This document shows positions 43,559 to 53,425 of a DNA stretch of 64,000 nt, one piece after another. Numbering within the stretch: position 1 is the first letter of the stretch; the number at the start of each line of letters is the position of its first letter. The notes below the pieces were generated by a model that saw nothing but the letters and a program-made list of their open reading frames with translations, was not told the DNA's origin and did no database searches. A program made the translations under genes and the position numbers. The stretch is from an uncultured Rikenellaceae bacterium (GTDB taxonomy: Bacteria; Bacteroidota; Bacteroidia; Bacteroidales; VadinHA17), in assembly GCA_964640125.1 (NCBI GenBank), contig CAZXGG010000006.1, forward strand, positions 15,756 through 79,755, written 5' to 3'.

Positions 43559-45967
43559 ATGAAAATCATATATAAATTAAAAGAAATGGTCTTACGGAGG
43601 TTGGGGACTTCCCTGACAGCTTTACTGATGATCTTTTTTGCAAACGCACAGGTTGTTCCTCCTCCTGATCGATGGCCAACCTGGAATGAAGAGAACCAGG
43701 ATAAAACCTTGTCTCCTTATTTTTTTGTACAGAGTGATGATCCTTCAACCGACAGATTGCCGCTCAAGGAGACCCGTGCCAATGTAAACATAGCAGGGGT
43801 TATTGCCGATGTGACCATTACGCAAACCTATAAAAACGAGGGGCAAAATGTACTGGAAGCCATTTATGTCTTTCCCGCTTCCACCCGCGCTGCGGTGTAC
43901 AGTATGACCATGACAATCGGGGAACGTGAGATCGTTGCCATTATCCAGGAAAAACAGAAAGCACGGGAAAGCTATGAACAGGCAAAGGAAGAAGGGAAAT
44001 CCGCATCTCTCCTGGAACAGATGAGGCCCAATGTATTCCAGATGAATGTTGCCAATATCCTTCCGGGTGATGTGATAAAAGTTGAAATGAAATATACGGA
44101 ATTGCTCATCCCCGAAAGTGGCCTGTACGAATTTATCTTTCCCACCGTGGTTGGCCCCAGGTACTCGAATACCCTGGTTGAAAATGCTGCCCCTGAAGAG
44201 GGATGGATCGCCAACCCCTATACCCGTGAGGGAGAAGATCCTTTCTACGCTTTTGATATTTCCATTGGGATTACTGCCGGTCTGCCCATTCAGGATGTCC
44301 GGTCCCCCTCACATGATATGAACATCAATTTTGAAAACCGGTCTACTGCGATCCTGACCCTCTCTCCCGAAGAGAAGTCCGGTGGAAATAAAGACTGTAT
44401 TGTACAATATCGTCTTGCCGGTAACAAAATCGAATCGGGATTGCTGCTGTATGAGGGAGTCGAAGAGAATTTTTTCCTGGCAATGATCCAACCCCCGAAA
44501 ATCGTTAAGAAGGAGTTGATTCCTCCAAGAGAATATGTTTTTATTGTCGATGTTTCGGGTTCAATGTATGGATTCCCGCTGAACATTTCAAAAACGCTGA
44601 TGCGAAACCTGATGTCGAACCTCAGGCCTACCGATCGGTTTAACATCCTGCTTTTTGCCGGTGGTTCAGAATTGTTCGCTGAACAATCACTTCCGGCAAC
44701 CAGGGAGAATGTATCCAGGGCAATCCAGTTTATCGATAACCAGCGGGGGGGTGGTGGTACGGAACTGCTTCCTGCATTAAAACGGGCACTCTCCTTAACA
44801 GGAACGGAAGACTATTCAAGGAGCTTTGTTATTGCAACTGACGGTTATGTATCCGTCGAAAAAGAGGCATTCGACCTGATCCGTGAAAATCTTGGCAGGG
44901 CTAATTTCTTCACCTTTGGTATTGGGAGTTCAGTTAACCGTTACCTGCTTGAAGGGATGGCTCATGTTGGAACGGGAGAGGCATTCATCATCACGAAGGA
45001 AAACGAAGCTGAAATCAAAGCTGAAAAATTCAGAACCTATATCCAAACTCCCGTGCTTACAAACATAAAGCTTCGGTTTGAGGATTTTGAAGTGTTTGAT
45101 GTTGAACCATTAACCGTCCCCGATGTTCTGGCCGAAAAACCGGTGATCGTGTATGGTAAATGGAAAGGTAAACCCAAAGGTAAAATCAACCTGACCGGTG
45201 ATAGTGGTGAAGGGGAATACATGGTAAGTCTCGATGTTGGTTCAACGTCCCCGGCAAAATCAAATATCGGCTTAAAATACCTCTGGGCCAGGGAAACCAT
45301 TCGACTCCTGGACGATTACACTTCATTGGGAAGATCCACAGAAGAACATGCACGGAAAATCACTGACCTTGGGTTGAAATATAACCTGTTAACCAATTAT
45401 ACATCCTTCATAGCCATCGATTCAGAAATCCGGAATGAGGGCGGTAATGTGACCACTGTCAAACAACCCTTGCCCTTACCTGAAGGAGTAAGCAATTACG
45501 CTGTTGGTGGTGCTTATCCCGTTCAGGGTATCGCTGCAGCACCCCGAACAGCTCAAAAATACGGTGGCGTTAAATGGGCCAACGTGTCAGAGCTTTCTTT
45601 AGAAACGGAAGATATGATCTCCCTGGATGAGGATACCGGAGTGGAGAGAAAAGACCGAATCTTTGCATCGGTGGAAATTATGCCTGAATTCCCGGGTAAA
45701 ACGGAAGGACTGAAACGATTCATTGAAAAACACCTGAACTATCCGGAGAGGCTAAAAAATGCAGGTATTTCCGGGAATGTATTTGTTGAGTTTATTGTGG
45801 ATGTTGATGGTTCAGTTAAAGAAGTAAAGATCCTCAGGGGAATTCATCCGGAACTTGACAAAGAAGCCATCCGGGTGATCAAGCTGACTTCAAACATGTG
45901 GAAACCAGGAAAACAGGGAGGAAAAGCAGTCAGGGTGCGGATGGTGATCCCGGTTAAGTTTGGTTGA
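43559..45967 (+). CDS. secreted VIT + von Willebrand A domain protein with C-terminal TonB_C domain
   Basis: 802 aa. Signal peptide. VIT-like 'ANVNIAGVIADVTITQTYKNEG...VYSMTMTIGEREI'. vWA MIDAS 'VFIVDVSGSMYG'. C-terminal 'GISGNVFVEFIVDVDGSVKEVKIL...HPELDKEAIRVIKLTSNMWKPGKQGGKAV'. Confidence 0.82.
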   Translation: MKIIYKLKEMVLRRLGTSLTALLMIFFANAQVVPPPDRWPTWNEENQDKTLSPYFFVQSDDPSTDRLPLKETRANVNIAGVIADVTITQTYKNEGQNVLEAIYVFPASTRAAVYSMTMTIGEREIVAIIQEKQKARESYEQAKEEGKSASLLEQMRPNVFQMNVANILPGDVIKVEMKYTELLIPESGLYEFIFPTVVGPRYSNTLVENAAPEEGWIANPYTREGEDPFYAFDISIGITAGLPIQDVRSPSHDMNINFENRSTAILTLSPEEKSGGNKDCIVQYRLAGNKIESGLLLYEGVEENFFLAMIQPPKIVKKELIPPREYVFIVDVSGSMYGFPLNISKTLMRNLMSNLRPTDRFNILLFAGGSELFAEQSLPATRENVSRAIQFIDNQRGGGGTELLPALKRALSLTGTEDYSRSFVIATDGYVSVEKEAFDLIRENLGRANFFTFGIGSSVNRYLLEGMAHVGTGEAFIITKENEAEIKAEKFRTYIQTPVLTNIKLRFEDFEVFDVEPLTVPDVLAEKPVIVYGKWKGKPKGKINLTGDSGEGEYMVSLDVGSTSPAKSNIGLKYLWARETIRLLDDYTSLGRSTEEHARKITDLGLKYNLLTNYTSFIAIDSEIRNEGGNVTTVKQPLPLPEGVSNYAVGGAYPVQGIAAAPRTAQKYGGVKWANVSELSLETEDMISLDEDTGVERKDRIFASVEIMPEFPGKTEGLKRFIEKHLNYPERLKNAGISGNVFVEFIVDVDGSVKEVKILRGIHPELDKEAIRVIKLTSNMWKPGKQGGKAVRVRMVIPVKFG

Positions 45968-45991
45968 GGTGTCGGGTAAATACAACCTATA

Positions 45992-46032
45992 AACAAAGGG
46001 GATGTTACATGATACAGCCCCTTTGTTTTTTT
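45992..46032 (+). terminator. rho-independent terminator after the VIT-vWA gene
   Basis: 10-bp perfect stem 'aacaaagggg'/'cccctttgtt', 16-nt loop, followed by a T-run. Confidence 0.7.
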
Positions 46033-46068
46033 CTCCTCTCCCTCTCCCTGAATTGGTTCCGGTTGAAT

Positions 46069-46380
46069 TCAGTTTCTGCTGAAAAGTGTTTGTTGTTCCT
46101 CTTCCCAGAAGGTTGGGTAATCTTCATCGAATTTTTTGAGAATAGCCATGATGATGGTTTCTCTCATGTACTTGGAACGGTTATCTATCTTGTAACGGTC
46201 AAAGAAAGAGTTCAATGCATTCAACTCCCTGTCATTGAACATAATAGTATACCTGTTGGTCCGCTTCAGATGATCTTCTTTGGTCCTTCTTCGCCTCAAA
46301 ATCAATAATTTACATGAGATAAGAAACTTCAACCCTGTAAATATAAACAAATAGGGATGAAAAAAAACCACGGCGGACAA
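46069..46380 (-). CDS. hypothetical small protein (possibly ribbon-helix-helix-like); true start probably internal
   Basis: Only the C-terminal ~70 aa ('RRRRTKEDHLKRTNRYTIMFNDRELNALNSFFDRYKIDNRSKYMRETIIMAILKKF') look protein-like. No firm motif. Confidence 0.3.
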   Translation of the reverse strand: MSAVVFFHPYLFIFTGLKFLISCKLLILRRRRTKEDHLKRTNRYTIMFNDRELNALNSFFDRYKIDNRSKYMRETIIMAILKKFDEDYPTFWEEEQQTLFSRN

Positions 46381-46406
46381 TGACCAATTAACAAATAATT
46401 AACAAT

Positions 46407-46757
46407 TCATTCAAATTCTTTGGGTACACCACAGATAATAACCAGTGGTTTATCAGTTGATTTGTTACGGTATTGATGTTTTTCACCGGGTAAAACCAGG
46501 GCAAAATCACCCTGCTTTATCTCCTGCTCTTCCCCTTTATCATTTACCAGTGCACCCCTGCCACCGATGACATAGTTCATGTGTTCGTAGTTGTGCTGAT
46601 GGTAGGGTGTATATCCTCCCGGTTCAACGGTAAATACCCGGTAGGAGTAAACCGGGGCTCCATCCTTTCCCGAAAGAGGAACCTGTTTAAACGCGTTATG
46701 CGCTCCTTCCATCTCAACTTTTTTTCGTTCAACCTTTTCTAACGGAATGATTTTCAT
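46407..46757 (-). CDS. cupin domain protein
   Basis: 116 aa. 'GGYTPYHQHNYEHMNYVIGGRG' and 'GDFALVLPGEKHQYRN' are the two cupin motifs. Confidence 0.8.
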   Translation of the reverse strand: MKIIPLEKVERKKVEMEGAHNAFKQVPLSGKDGAPVYSYRVFTVEPGGYTPYHQHNYEHMNYVIGGRGALVNDKGEEQEIKQGDFALVLPGEKHQYRNKSTDKPLVIICGVPKEFE

Positions 46758-46864
46758 GTCTCGATTGTTTTGTCTTTTTCATTTGCTTCAAAAGTAGTAA
46801 GGATGGATCATCCTCCCAACCGAAATGGTAAAAAACAGGTTCTAAATAGTGATTCGAATGATTG

Positions 46865-47878
46865 TCAGCGAAGTGAGGAGTTCTTAATGATCAACCGGGT
46901 ATTAATAACTCGTGTAATGGGGGGATAGTTATCTGTTTTCTCTAAACGGTCAATCAGCAGCCGAACCGCTTCCTTCCCCATCTCATATCCATGCTGCTCC
47001 ACTGCACTCAGGGGAGGATCAGTCAGGTTAGCGATCTGTCCATTGGTAAATCCGACGATAGCAATATCCTGGGGTACTCTGTAGCCCGATTCCTTAACAA
47101 TCTTCATGGCTTCGGCTGCAGTAAGATCATTAACCGCAAAAAAAGCATCCGGCTTGGATAGTCCCCCAAGCAATCCCGGTATCACTTTCCTTGCCTCCTC
47201 CATCGTATCGCATTTGATGATCCAATCCGGATCGGGATTCAGGTTATAGGTTTTCATCGCCCGCAGATAACCTGCTTTTCTATCCTTCCCGATTAGCAAA
47301 TGGTCGGATGCAGCCAGATGGATAATGCGCCTGCATCCGACATTTATCAGATGTTCGGTGGCAAGAAATGCACCCTGTTCATCATCAACGACCACCCTAT
47401 CACTGATGATCTCTTCACATATTCTGTCGAAGAAAACAATGGGAACATCATGTTGCCGGATTACCTTGAAATGATCGAAATTTCTGGTCTCTTTTGAAAC
47501 AGATACTAAAATTCCCTCCACCCTGCTTGATAACAGGGCATGTACATTTTTTACTTCCCGTTCATACGTCTCATTCGACTCACAGATCATCACCTGATAG
47601 TTGGAATTATAGGCTACATCTCCAATTCCGCTGATAACTGTGGAGAAAAAATAGTGGACTACTTCCGGGATGATAACCCCGATGATCTTGCTTTTTCTGC
47701 TCTTCAGGCTCAGGGCTATGGGATCCGGCTGGTAATGCCATTTCTCTGCCAGCTCATTTACTGCCTTTTTGGTAGCAGGACTGATATCCGGATGATCCTT
47801 TAGTGCTCTGGAAACCGTCGAGGGAGATATTCCGAGGGCTTTGGCAATATCCTTTATAGTAACCTGTCCTTTGTGCAT
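46865..47878 (-). CDS. LacI-family transcriptional regulator
   Basis: 337 aa. N-terminal HTH 'VTIKDIAKALGISPSTVSRALKDH'. Periplasmic-binding-fold body. Divergent from the SusC/D locus. Confidence 0.9.
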   Translation of the reverse strand: MHKGQVTIKDIAKALGISPSTVSRALKDHPDISPATKKAVNELAEKWHYQPDPIALSLKSRKSKIIGVIIPEVVHYFFSTVISGIGDVAYNSNYQVMICESNETYEREVKNVHALLSSRVEGILVSVSKETRNFDHFKVIRQHDVPIVFFDRICEEIISDRVVVDDEQGAFLATEHLINVGCRRIIHLAASDHLLIGKDRKAGYLRAMKTYNLNPDPDWIIKCDTMEEARKVIPGLLGGLSKPDAFFAVNDLTAAEAMKIVKESGYRVPQDIAIVGFTNGQIANLTDPPLSAVEQHGYEMGKEAVRLLIDRLEKTDNYPPITRVINTRLIIKNSSLR

Positions 47879-48074
47879 GGTAAATACCCAGGATTGAATG
47901 GATCAGATGCTATCTTATTGCAGTGCAATTCAGTTAAAGATACTAAAAAATATGGAATGTGAGTGTTTCTTCCATTTCGCTCCAAACAGGATTGGATTCA
48001 CCAGATAATGAATGAGTAAAATGATCCCGGGTTAATTAGTCACAAAGAGCAGTACAAGGATAAAAATCCGATTT

Positions 48075-48084
48075 CAAACGTTTG
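48075..48084. promoter_or_regulatory. candidate LacI-type operator core
   Basis: Perfect 10-bp palindrome 'CAAACGTTTG' with a central CG, between lacI and susC. This is the core shape of many LacI/PurR/CcpA-family operators. Confidence 0.4.
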
Positions 48085-48139
48085 CGAAAACGATTGCAGT
48101 AATTTATTGAAAATAAATAGCTTATGTTTTGTTTTTTAC

Positions 48140-48147
48140 TATCTTTG
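48140..48147 (+). promoter_or_regulatory. candidate -7 promoter box (TAnnTTTG) for the SusC operon
   Basis: 'TATCTTTG' lies 59 nt upstream of the susC ATG and downstream of the palindrome. Confidence 0.35.
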
Positions 48148-48205
48148 TATCTGTTATTTCCACTTGAGACAAAACCTAATTTAGATTAACCTAAAATTTT
48201 AATCT

Positions 48206-51169
48206 ATGAAACAAAATCGTGTGATCCGGAAGCTGTTTTTTCTGATCCTGGTCTGTTTTATTCCCATGTTTGTCATGGGCCAGGAGATCGTGGTTTCCGG
48301 AAAGGTAACTGATATTGAGGATGGGATAGGAATACCCGGAGTCAATATCGTTGTAAAGGGAACAACCATGGGGACAACTACTGACCTGGATGGAAACTTC
48401 AGCCTAACAGTCAGTCGTGATGCAACCCTGGTTTTCTCATTTATCGGTTATACCTCTCAGGAGATAGCAGTGAACAATCAGTCAACCATTAATGTTTCCA
48501 TGGTTCTGGATATCCAGGCTTTGGAAGAGGTGGTTACGATCGGTTATGGTACTACCCGAAAACAGGATGCTACCGGATCCGTTACTGCTATTTCGACTGA
48601 TGATTTCAACCGGGGTGCAATTTTCTCCCCTCAGGAACTGGTTGCAGGCAAGATTGCCGGTGTGCAGATTACCAATTCAGGAGGTGCCCCCGGAGCCGGA
48701 GCAACCATCCGAATCAGGGGGGGATCTTCCCTCTCAGCCAGCAATGACCCGCTTATCGTCATTGATGGTGTACCTGTGGATAACGATGGCATATCCGGTA
48801 TGAGGAATCCGTTAAGTGCCATTCACCCGAACGATATCCAGACCTTTACCATTCTGAAGGATGCTTCGGCAACTGCCATTTATGGGTCCAGGGCTTCAAA
48901 CGGTGTGATTATCATTGAAACAAAGAAGGGGAAGAAAGATCTACCGTTTAAAATTAATTATGATGCAAATCTCTCCTTTGGTGTAATAACGGATTATCAT
49001 GATGTACTCTCTGCAGATCAATTCCGCGAGATCATCCTGGACCAGTATGGCAGCAATCCGAATGCAACCAATCTGCTGGGTGAGGCAAATACAGACTGGC
49101 AGAAAGAGATCTACCAAACGGCTGTTTCAACAGACCACAACCTGAGTTTTACCGGAAGTGCCATGAGCATTCCCTTTCGTGTATCCATTGGATATACCGA
49201 TCAGAAAGGGATTCTGAAGACATCCGGACTGGACCGGTATACCGGTGCTCTAAGTCTTAATCCGAGTTTCCTGGATGATCACTTGAAGGTTAATGTAAAT
49301 GTGAAAGGGATGCGTATTAAAAACCAGTTTGCAAACCAAGGTGCAGTGGGTGCTGCTGCTGACTTTGACCCGACTCAACCCGTTAAAGATCCGGACAGTC
49401 CCTATGGCGGATATTTTACCTGGGTCGATGCTTTTGGGAATCCTATATTTACTGCGACCTCAAACCCTGTAGCCATGCTGAACATGAGGGATGACCAATC
49501 GACCGTTCTGAGAAGCATTGGAAACCTTATGCTGGATTACCAGGTTCATTGGCTGCCCGAACTAAAGGCAAAATTGAACCTGGGATACGATATCTCAAGC
49601 AGTGAAGGAACGGTTGATGTTCCTAAAAATGCAGCATGGGCATACGATAATATCTATGGAGGTGGACAAAAAACAGAGTATACGCAGGGAAAAAAGAACG
49701 AATTGCTGGATTTTTATTTCAATTATGTGAAGGACCTGGGTACTGTTGATAGCCGGATTGATGCTACCGCCGGTTATTCCTGGCAGCATTTCTTCCGGGA
49801 AGGAACCAACTATACTACCAACGTGATTGGAACGGTGGTCGATGATGATTCTGATTACAAAACAGAAAGCTATCTGGTCTCCTTCTTCGGAAGGGTGAAT
49901 TATGTTTTCAAAGACCGGTACCTGGTAACCTTTACTTTGCGTGAAGATGGTTCATCCCGGTTTTCTCCGGATAACCGCTGGGGACTTTTTCCATCCGTCG
50001 CAGTGGCATGGGACATTGGTGACGAGTCGTTCATCAATCCCGACCTGTTCTCTGTCCTTAAATTGCGCCTGGGATGGGGTATCACCGGTCAGCAGAACAT
50101 ATCCAACAACGATTATCCTTACCTGCCAAGATACACTGCCAGCGAGGATAATGCACAGTATCAGTTCGGATCTACATTTTATACCACATTGCGGCCCGAA
50201 GGGTATGATGCCAACCTGAAATGGGAAGAGACCACAACCTACAATGTCGGACTCGATTTTGGAATCCTGAAAAACAGGTTTACCGGAGCATTGGATTACT
50301 ACTACCGGGTGACAGACGACCTGATTAATTTCATTCCTGTTCCAGCCGGTACGAATCTTACCAACCAGATCCTGACCAACGTGGGTGACCTGTACAACAC
50401 CGGTGTTGAATTCACGATCAATGCAAAAGCCATTTCCAGAACCGATATGTACTGGGAAGTCGGGTTCAATGCAACCTATAACAAGAATGAGATCACCAAG
50501 CTTACGCTGTATGAAGATCCTACATACATTGGTGTTCCCACCGGTGGTATTTCCGGAGGTGTTGGGAATACCATTCAAATACATACGGTTGGATACCCTA
50601 AAAATTCATTTTTTGTATATCAGCAGGTGTATGATGAGAGTGGGGATCCAATCGAAGGACTCTATGTTGACCGGAACGGGGATGGAATCATTTCAGAAGA
50701 CGACAAATACCGTTACAAGAAAGCCGATCCGGATGTATATCTGGGATTCTCCTCCTTTTTCCAGTATAAAAACTTCGATTTCAGTTTTAATGGAAGGGCA
50801 AACATCGGCAACTACGTGTATAACAACCAGTATTCAAGCAACGGAACCTATAGCGGGCTCTATAACTCCGTTGGCTCTCTGAGCAATTCGACTACCAGCC
50901 TGCTGGACTCGAAATTCCAGAATCCGAGATACCATACGGATTATTACATGGAGAATGGCTCTTTCCTCCGCATGGATAACATGACACTGGGGTATAATTT
51001 TAAAAACCTGCTGAGTGGAACGCTTGGATTGCGGATCTATGCATCGGTTCAGAATGTCTTTGTGATTACTAAATACCAGGGTCTGGATCCCGAGGTTAGC
51101 AGTGGTGTTGACAACAACATCTATCCTCGTCCAAGAACCTTCTTATTTGGTTTGAGACTTGAATATTAA
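48206..51169 (+). CDS. susC: SusC/RagA-family TonB-linked outer membrane protein
   Basis: 987 aa. CarbopepD_reg-like 'VSGKVTDIEDGIGIPGVNIVVKGT'. 'TIGYGTTRKQDATGSV', 'IRIRGGSSLSASNDPLIVIDGVP', 'ASATAIYGSRASNGVIIIETKKG'. C-terminal 'FLFGLRLEY'. Confidence 0.95.
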   Translation: MKQNRVIRKLFFLILVCFIPMFVMGQEIVVSGKVTDIEDGIGIPGVNIVVKGTTMGTTTDLDGNFSLTVSRDATLVFSFIGYTSQEIAVNNQSTINVSMVLDIQALEEVVTIGYGTTRKQDATGSVTAISTDDFNRGAIFSPQELVAGKIAGVQITNSGGAPGAGATIRIRGGSSLSASNDPLIVIDGVPVDNDGISGMRNPLSAIHPNDIQTFTILKDASATAIYGSRASNGVIIIETKKGKKDLPFKINYDANLSFGVITDYHDVLSADQFREIILDQYGSNPNATNLLGEANTDWQKEIYQTAVSTDHNLSFTGSAMSIPFRVSIGYTDQKGILKTSGLDRYTGALSLNPSFLDDHLKVNVNVKGMRIKNQFANQGAVGAAADFDPTQPVKDPDSPYGGYFTWVDAFGNPIFTATSNPVAMLNMRDDQSTVLRSIGNLMLDYQVHWLPELKAKLNLGYDISSSEGTVDVPKNAAWAYDNIYGGGQKTEYTQGKKNELLDFYFNYVKDLGTVDSRIDATAGYSWQHFFREGTNYTTNVIGTVVDDDSDYKTESYLVSFFGRVNYVFKDRYLVTFTLREDGSSRFSPDNRWGLFPSVAVAWDIGDESFINPDLFSVLKLRLGWGITGQQNISNNDYPYLPRYTASEDNAQYQFGSTFYTTLRPEGYDANLKWEETTTYNVGLDFGILKNRFTGALDYYYRVTDDLINFIPVPAGTNLTNQILTNVGDLYNTGVEFTINAKAISRTDMYWEVGFNATYNKNEITKLTLYEDPTYIGVPTGGISGGVGNTIQIHTVGYPKNSFFVYQQVYDESGDPIEGLYVDRNGDGIISEDDKYRYKKADPDVYLGFSSFFQYKNFDFSFNGRANIGNYVYNNQYSSNGTYSGLYNSVGSLSNSTTSLLDSKFQNPRYHTDYYMENGSFLRMDNMTLGYNFKNLLSGTLGLRIYASVQNVFVITKYQGLDPEVSSGVDNNIYPRPRTFLFGLRLEY

Positions 51170-51187
51170 CGGAAAAAATAAGAAGCC

Positions 51188-53401
51188 ATGAATATGAAAT
51201 ATATAAAAATGCGTGCAATCACGGTATTGGCTGTCATCCTTGCTATTGCAGCCTGTACCAAAGATCTGGATACGGTACCGCTGGATAAAGATGTCATTAC
51301 ATCAGCATCCGTATACGAGGATTTTGATTCCTATAAAATGGTGCTGGCGAAATTGTATGCCGGCTTATCGTTGAGTGGTCAGACCGGACCACATGGGAAC
51401 AATGACCTGAGTGGTCTGGATGAGGGATTCGGACAGTACCTCAGGGGATACTGGTATGCACAGGAGCTATCAACAGATGAATGCATTATTTCCTGGAATG
51501 ACCTGACCCTCAAAGACTTTCACGAACAGGACTGGACCTCCTCTGATCCATTCATTATGAACGTGTATTACCGGTTATTTTACCAGATTGCTTTATGCAA
51601 CGAATTCATCAGGGAATCAACCGATGCAAAACTGGATGAGCGGGGAATGAACGGAACAGAGAAAGATGAGATAGCAGGCTACAGGGCCGAAGCACGCTTC
51701 CTGCGGGCATTGAGCTACTATCATGCATTGGACCTTTTCGGGAATGTCCCGTTTGTAACCGAAGATGATGAGGTCGGATCGTTCTTCCCGCAGCAAATCA
51801 TGAGGGCAGACCTGTTTGACTATGTCGAATCAGAATTGCTGGCTATTGAAACGGAGTTGCCTGCGCCCATGGCAAATGAATATGCAAGGGCTGACCAGGC
51901 GGCTGCCTGGATGATTCTGGCAAAACTCTATCTGAATGCTGAGGTTTATATTGATACACCCAAGTATACTGAGACCATTACCTATGCGAAAAAGATTATC
52001 GATGCAGGATACACCCTCGATACCGAGTGGGAGAATCTTTTCCTTGCAGATAACCACACGGCAGATGGAATAATATTTCCGATAACATTCGATGGAGTGC
52101 ATACTAAAACATGGGGAGGAACAACCTTTATTATCAATGCTGCTGTCGGAGGTTCCATGAATCCTGAAGATTTCGGAATTTCCGATGGTTGGGCTGGTAT
52201 CAGAACCACCAAGGAGATTGTTGGAAAGTTCTATGACCTCGAAACCCTGAAGAAGAAAGGTGACCTGTCCGGCAGGAAAGCTTATCCTGTTCTTTATGTC
52301 CCCGGCAGTTACCAGGGCTGGGATCCTTCTGATGCAACAACCGTTGTTGCATCCGTTAACGACGATGGAAAGTACGAGGGATACCTCTGGTTCCCGGATG
52401 CCGATGCCCAGTTCAAGTTTAGCAATGCACCGGACTGGGATCACAGTATATTCGGTGATGTGGATCCCTCAGGTACGACCGGAACACTGGTGAAACCCGG
52501 GAATAATATTGTTGCAGGAGTTGCCGGTTACTATAAGGTCAATGTTGATACTGTTGCACTGACCTATACACTTGAAAAAACCGATTGGGGATTGATTGGT
52601 GATGCAACGCCCGGTGGCTGGGATAACGATACAGACATGTCTTACGATGCCGTGGAGGGGGTATGGGAACTGATCGTTGAACTGGGTACCGGAAGTATTA
52701 AATTCAGGGCAAACGATGACTGGGCTATTAATTATGGAGATACCGGTGTAGATGGTATTCTTGAAGCAGGAGGAGATAATATTACAATTACCGAACCCGG
52801 GAAATACGAGATCAAAATGAAGCTGGGATTCCCGGATTATACTTACACCATCGAACAGTTTAGTTCGGATGGCCGCATCATGTTCTATAGCGATGGACAG
52901 TCACTTGAGATTGACGATGTGTTTGAATTCACCGAAGGGTGGGCTGTTACCAAATTCAAAAACATCACGTCAACGGGTGCTCCCGGATCGGATCAGACCC
53001 ATCCGGATACCGATTTCCCATTGTTCCGACTGGCCGATGCGTACCTGATGTATGCTGAAGCAGTACTCAGGGGCGGCAGTGGTGGTGATGCTGCAACGGC
53101 TCTAACCTATGTCAATATGCTGAGAGAACGTGCATACGGCGATGCCAACGGGAACATCACAGCCGATGACCTTGACCTGGATTTCATCCTGGATGAACTG
53201 GCTCGTGAGTTCTTATGGGAAGCACACCGGAGGACTGACCTGATCCGGTTTGGCCGGTTCAGCAACACATCCTATACCTGGGCATGGAAAGGTGGAGTGA
53301 AAGAAGGTCAGAGTGTGCAAGGATTTTACGACCTCTATCCCATTCCTGCTTCCGATGTTGCTGCTAACCTGAACCTGGAACAGAATGATGGCTATTATTA
53401 A
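51188..53401 (+). CDS. susD: SusD/RagB-family lipoprotein carrying an internal ~190-aa SusE/F-like insertion
   Basis: 737 aa. Lipobox 'AIAACT'. SusD hallmarks 'RAEARFLRALSYYHALDLFGNVPF' and C-terminal 'FRLADAYLMYAEA...LARELWEAHRRTDLIRFGRF'-type region. Residues ~364-557 are homologous to the next gene. Confidence 0.9.
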   Translation: MNMKYIKMRAITVLAVILAIAACTKDLDTVPLDKDVITSASVYEDFDSYKMVLAKLYAGLSLSGQTGPHGNNDLSGLDEGFGQYLRGYWYAQELSTDECIISWNDLTLKDFHEQDWTSSDPFIMNVYYRLFYQIALCNEFIRESTDAKLDERGMNGTEKDEIAGYRAEARFLRALSYYHALDLFGNVPFVTEDDEVGSFFPQQIMRADLFDYVESELLAIETELPAPMANEYARADQAAAWMILAKLYLNAEVYIDTPKYTETITYAKKIIDAGYTLDTEWENLFLADNHTADGIIFPITFDGVHTKTWGGTTFIINAAVGGSMNPEDFGISDGWAGIRTTKEIVGKFYDLETLKKKGDLSGRKAYPVLYVPGSYQGWDPSDATTVVASVNDDGKYEGYLWFPDADAQFKFSNAPDWDHSIFGDVDPSGTTGTLVKPGNNIVAGVAGYYKVNVDTVALTYTLEKTDWGLIGDATPGGWDNDTDMSYDAVEGVWELIVELGTGSIKFRANDDWAINYGDTGVDGILEAGGDNITITEPGKYEIKMKLGFPDYTYTIEQFSSDGRIMFYSDGQSLEIDDVFEFTEGWAVTKFKNITSTGAPGSDQTHPDTDFPLFRLADAYLMYAEAVLRGGSGGDAATALTYVNMLRERAYGDANGNITADDLDLDFILDELAREFLWEAHRRTDLIRFGRFSNTSYTWAWKGGVKEGQSVQGFYDLYPIPASDVAANLNLEQNDGYY

Positions 53402-53425
53402 TGATAATACGTAAAACAAGTAGAT

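Noticed and set aside
49952-50584. 210-aa minus-strand ORF inside susC. The same applies to 51830..52444 inside susD and 61393..62190 (265 aa) opposite the GH13 lipoprotein.
   Set aside because: All three lie antisense to genes with unmistakable family motifs. None has a signal, motif or plausible start context.
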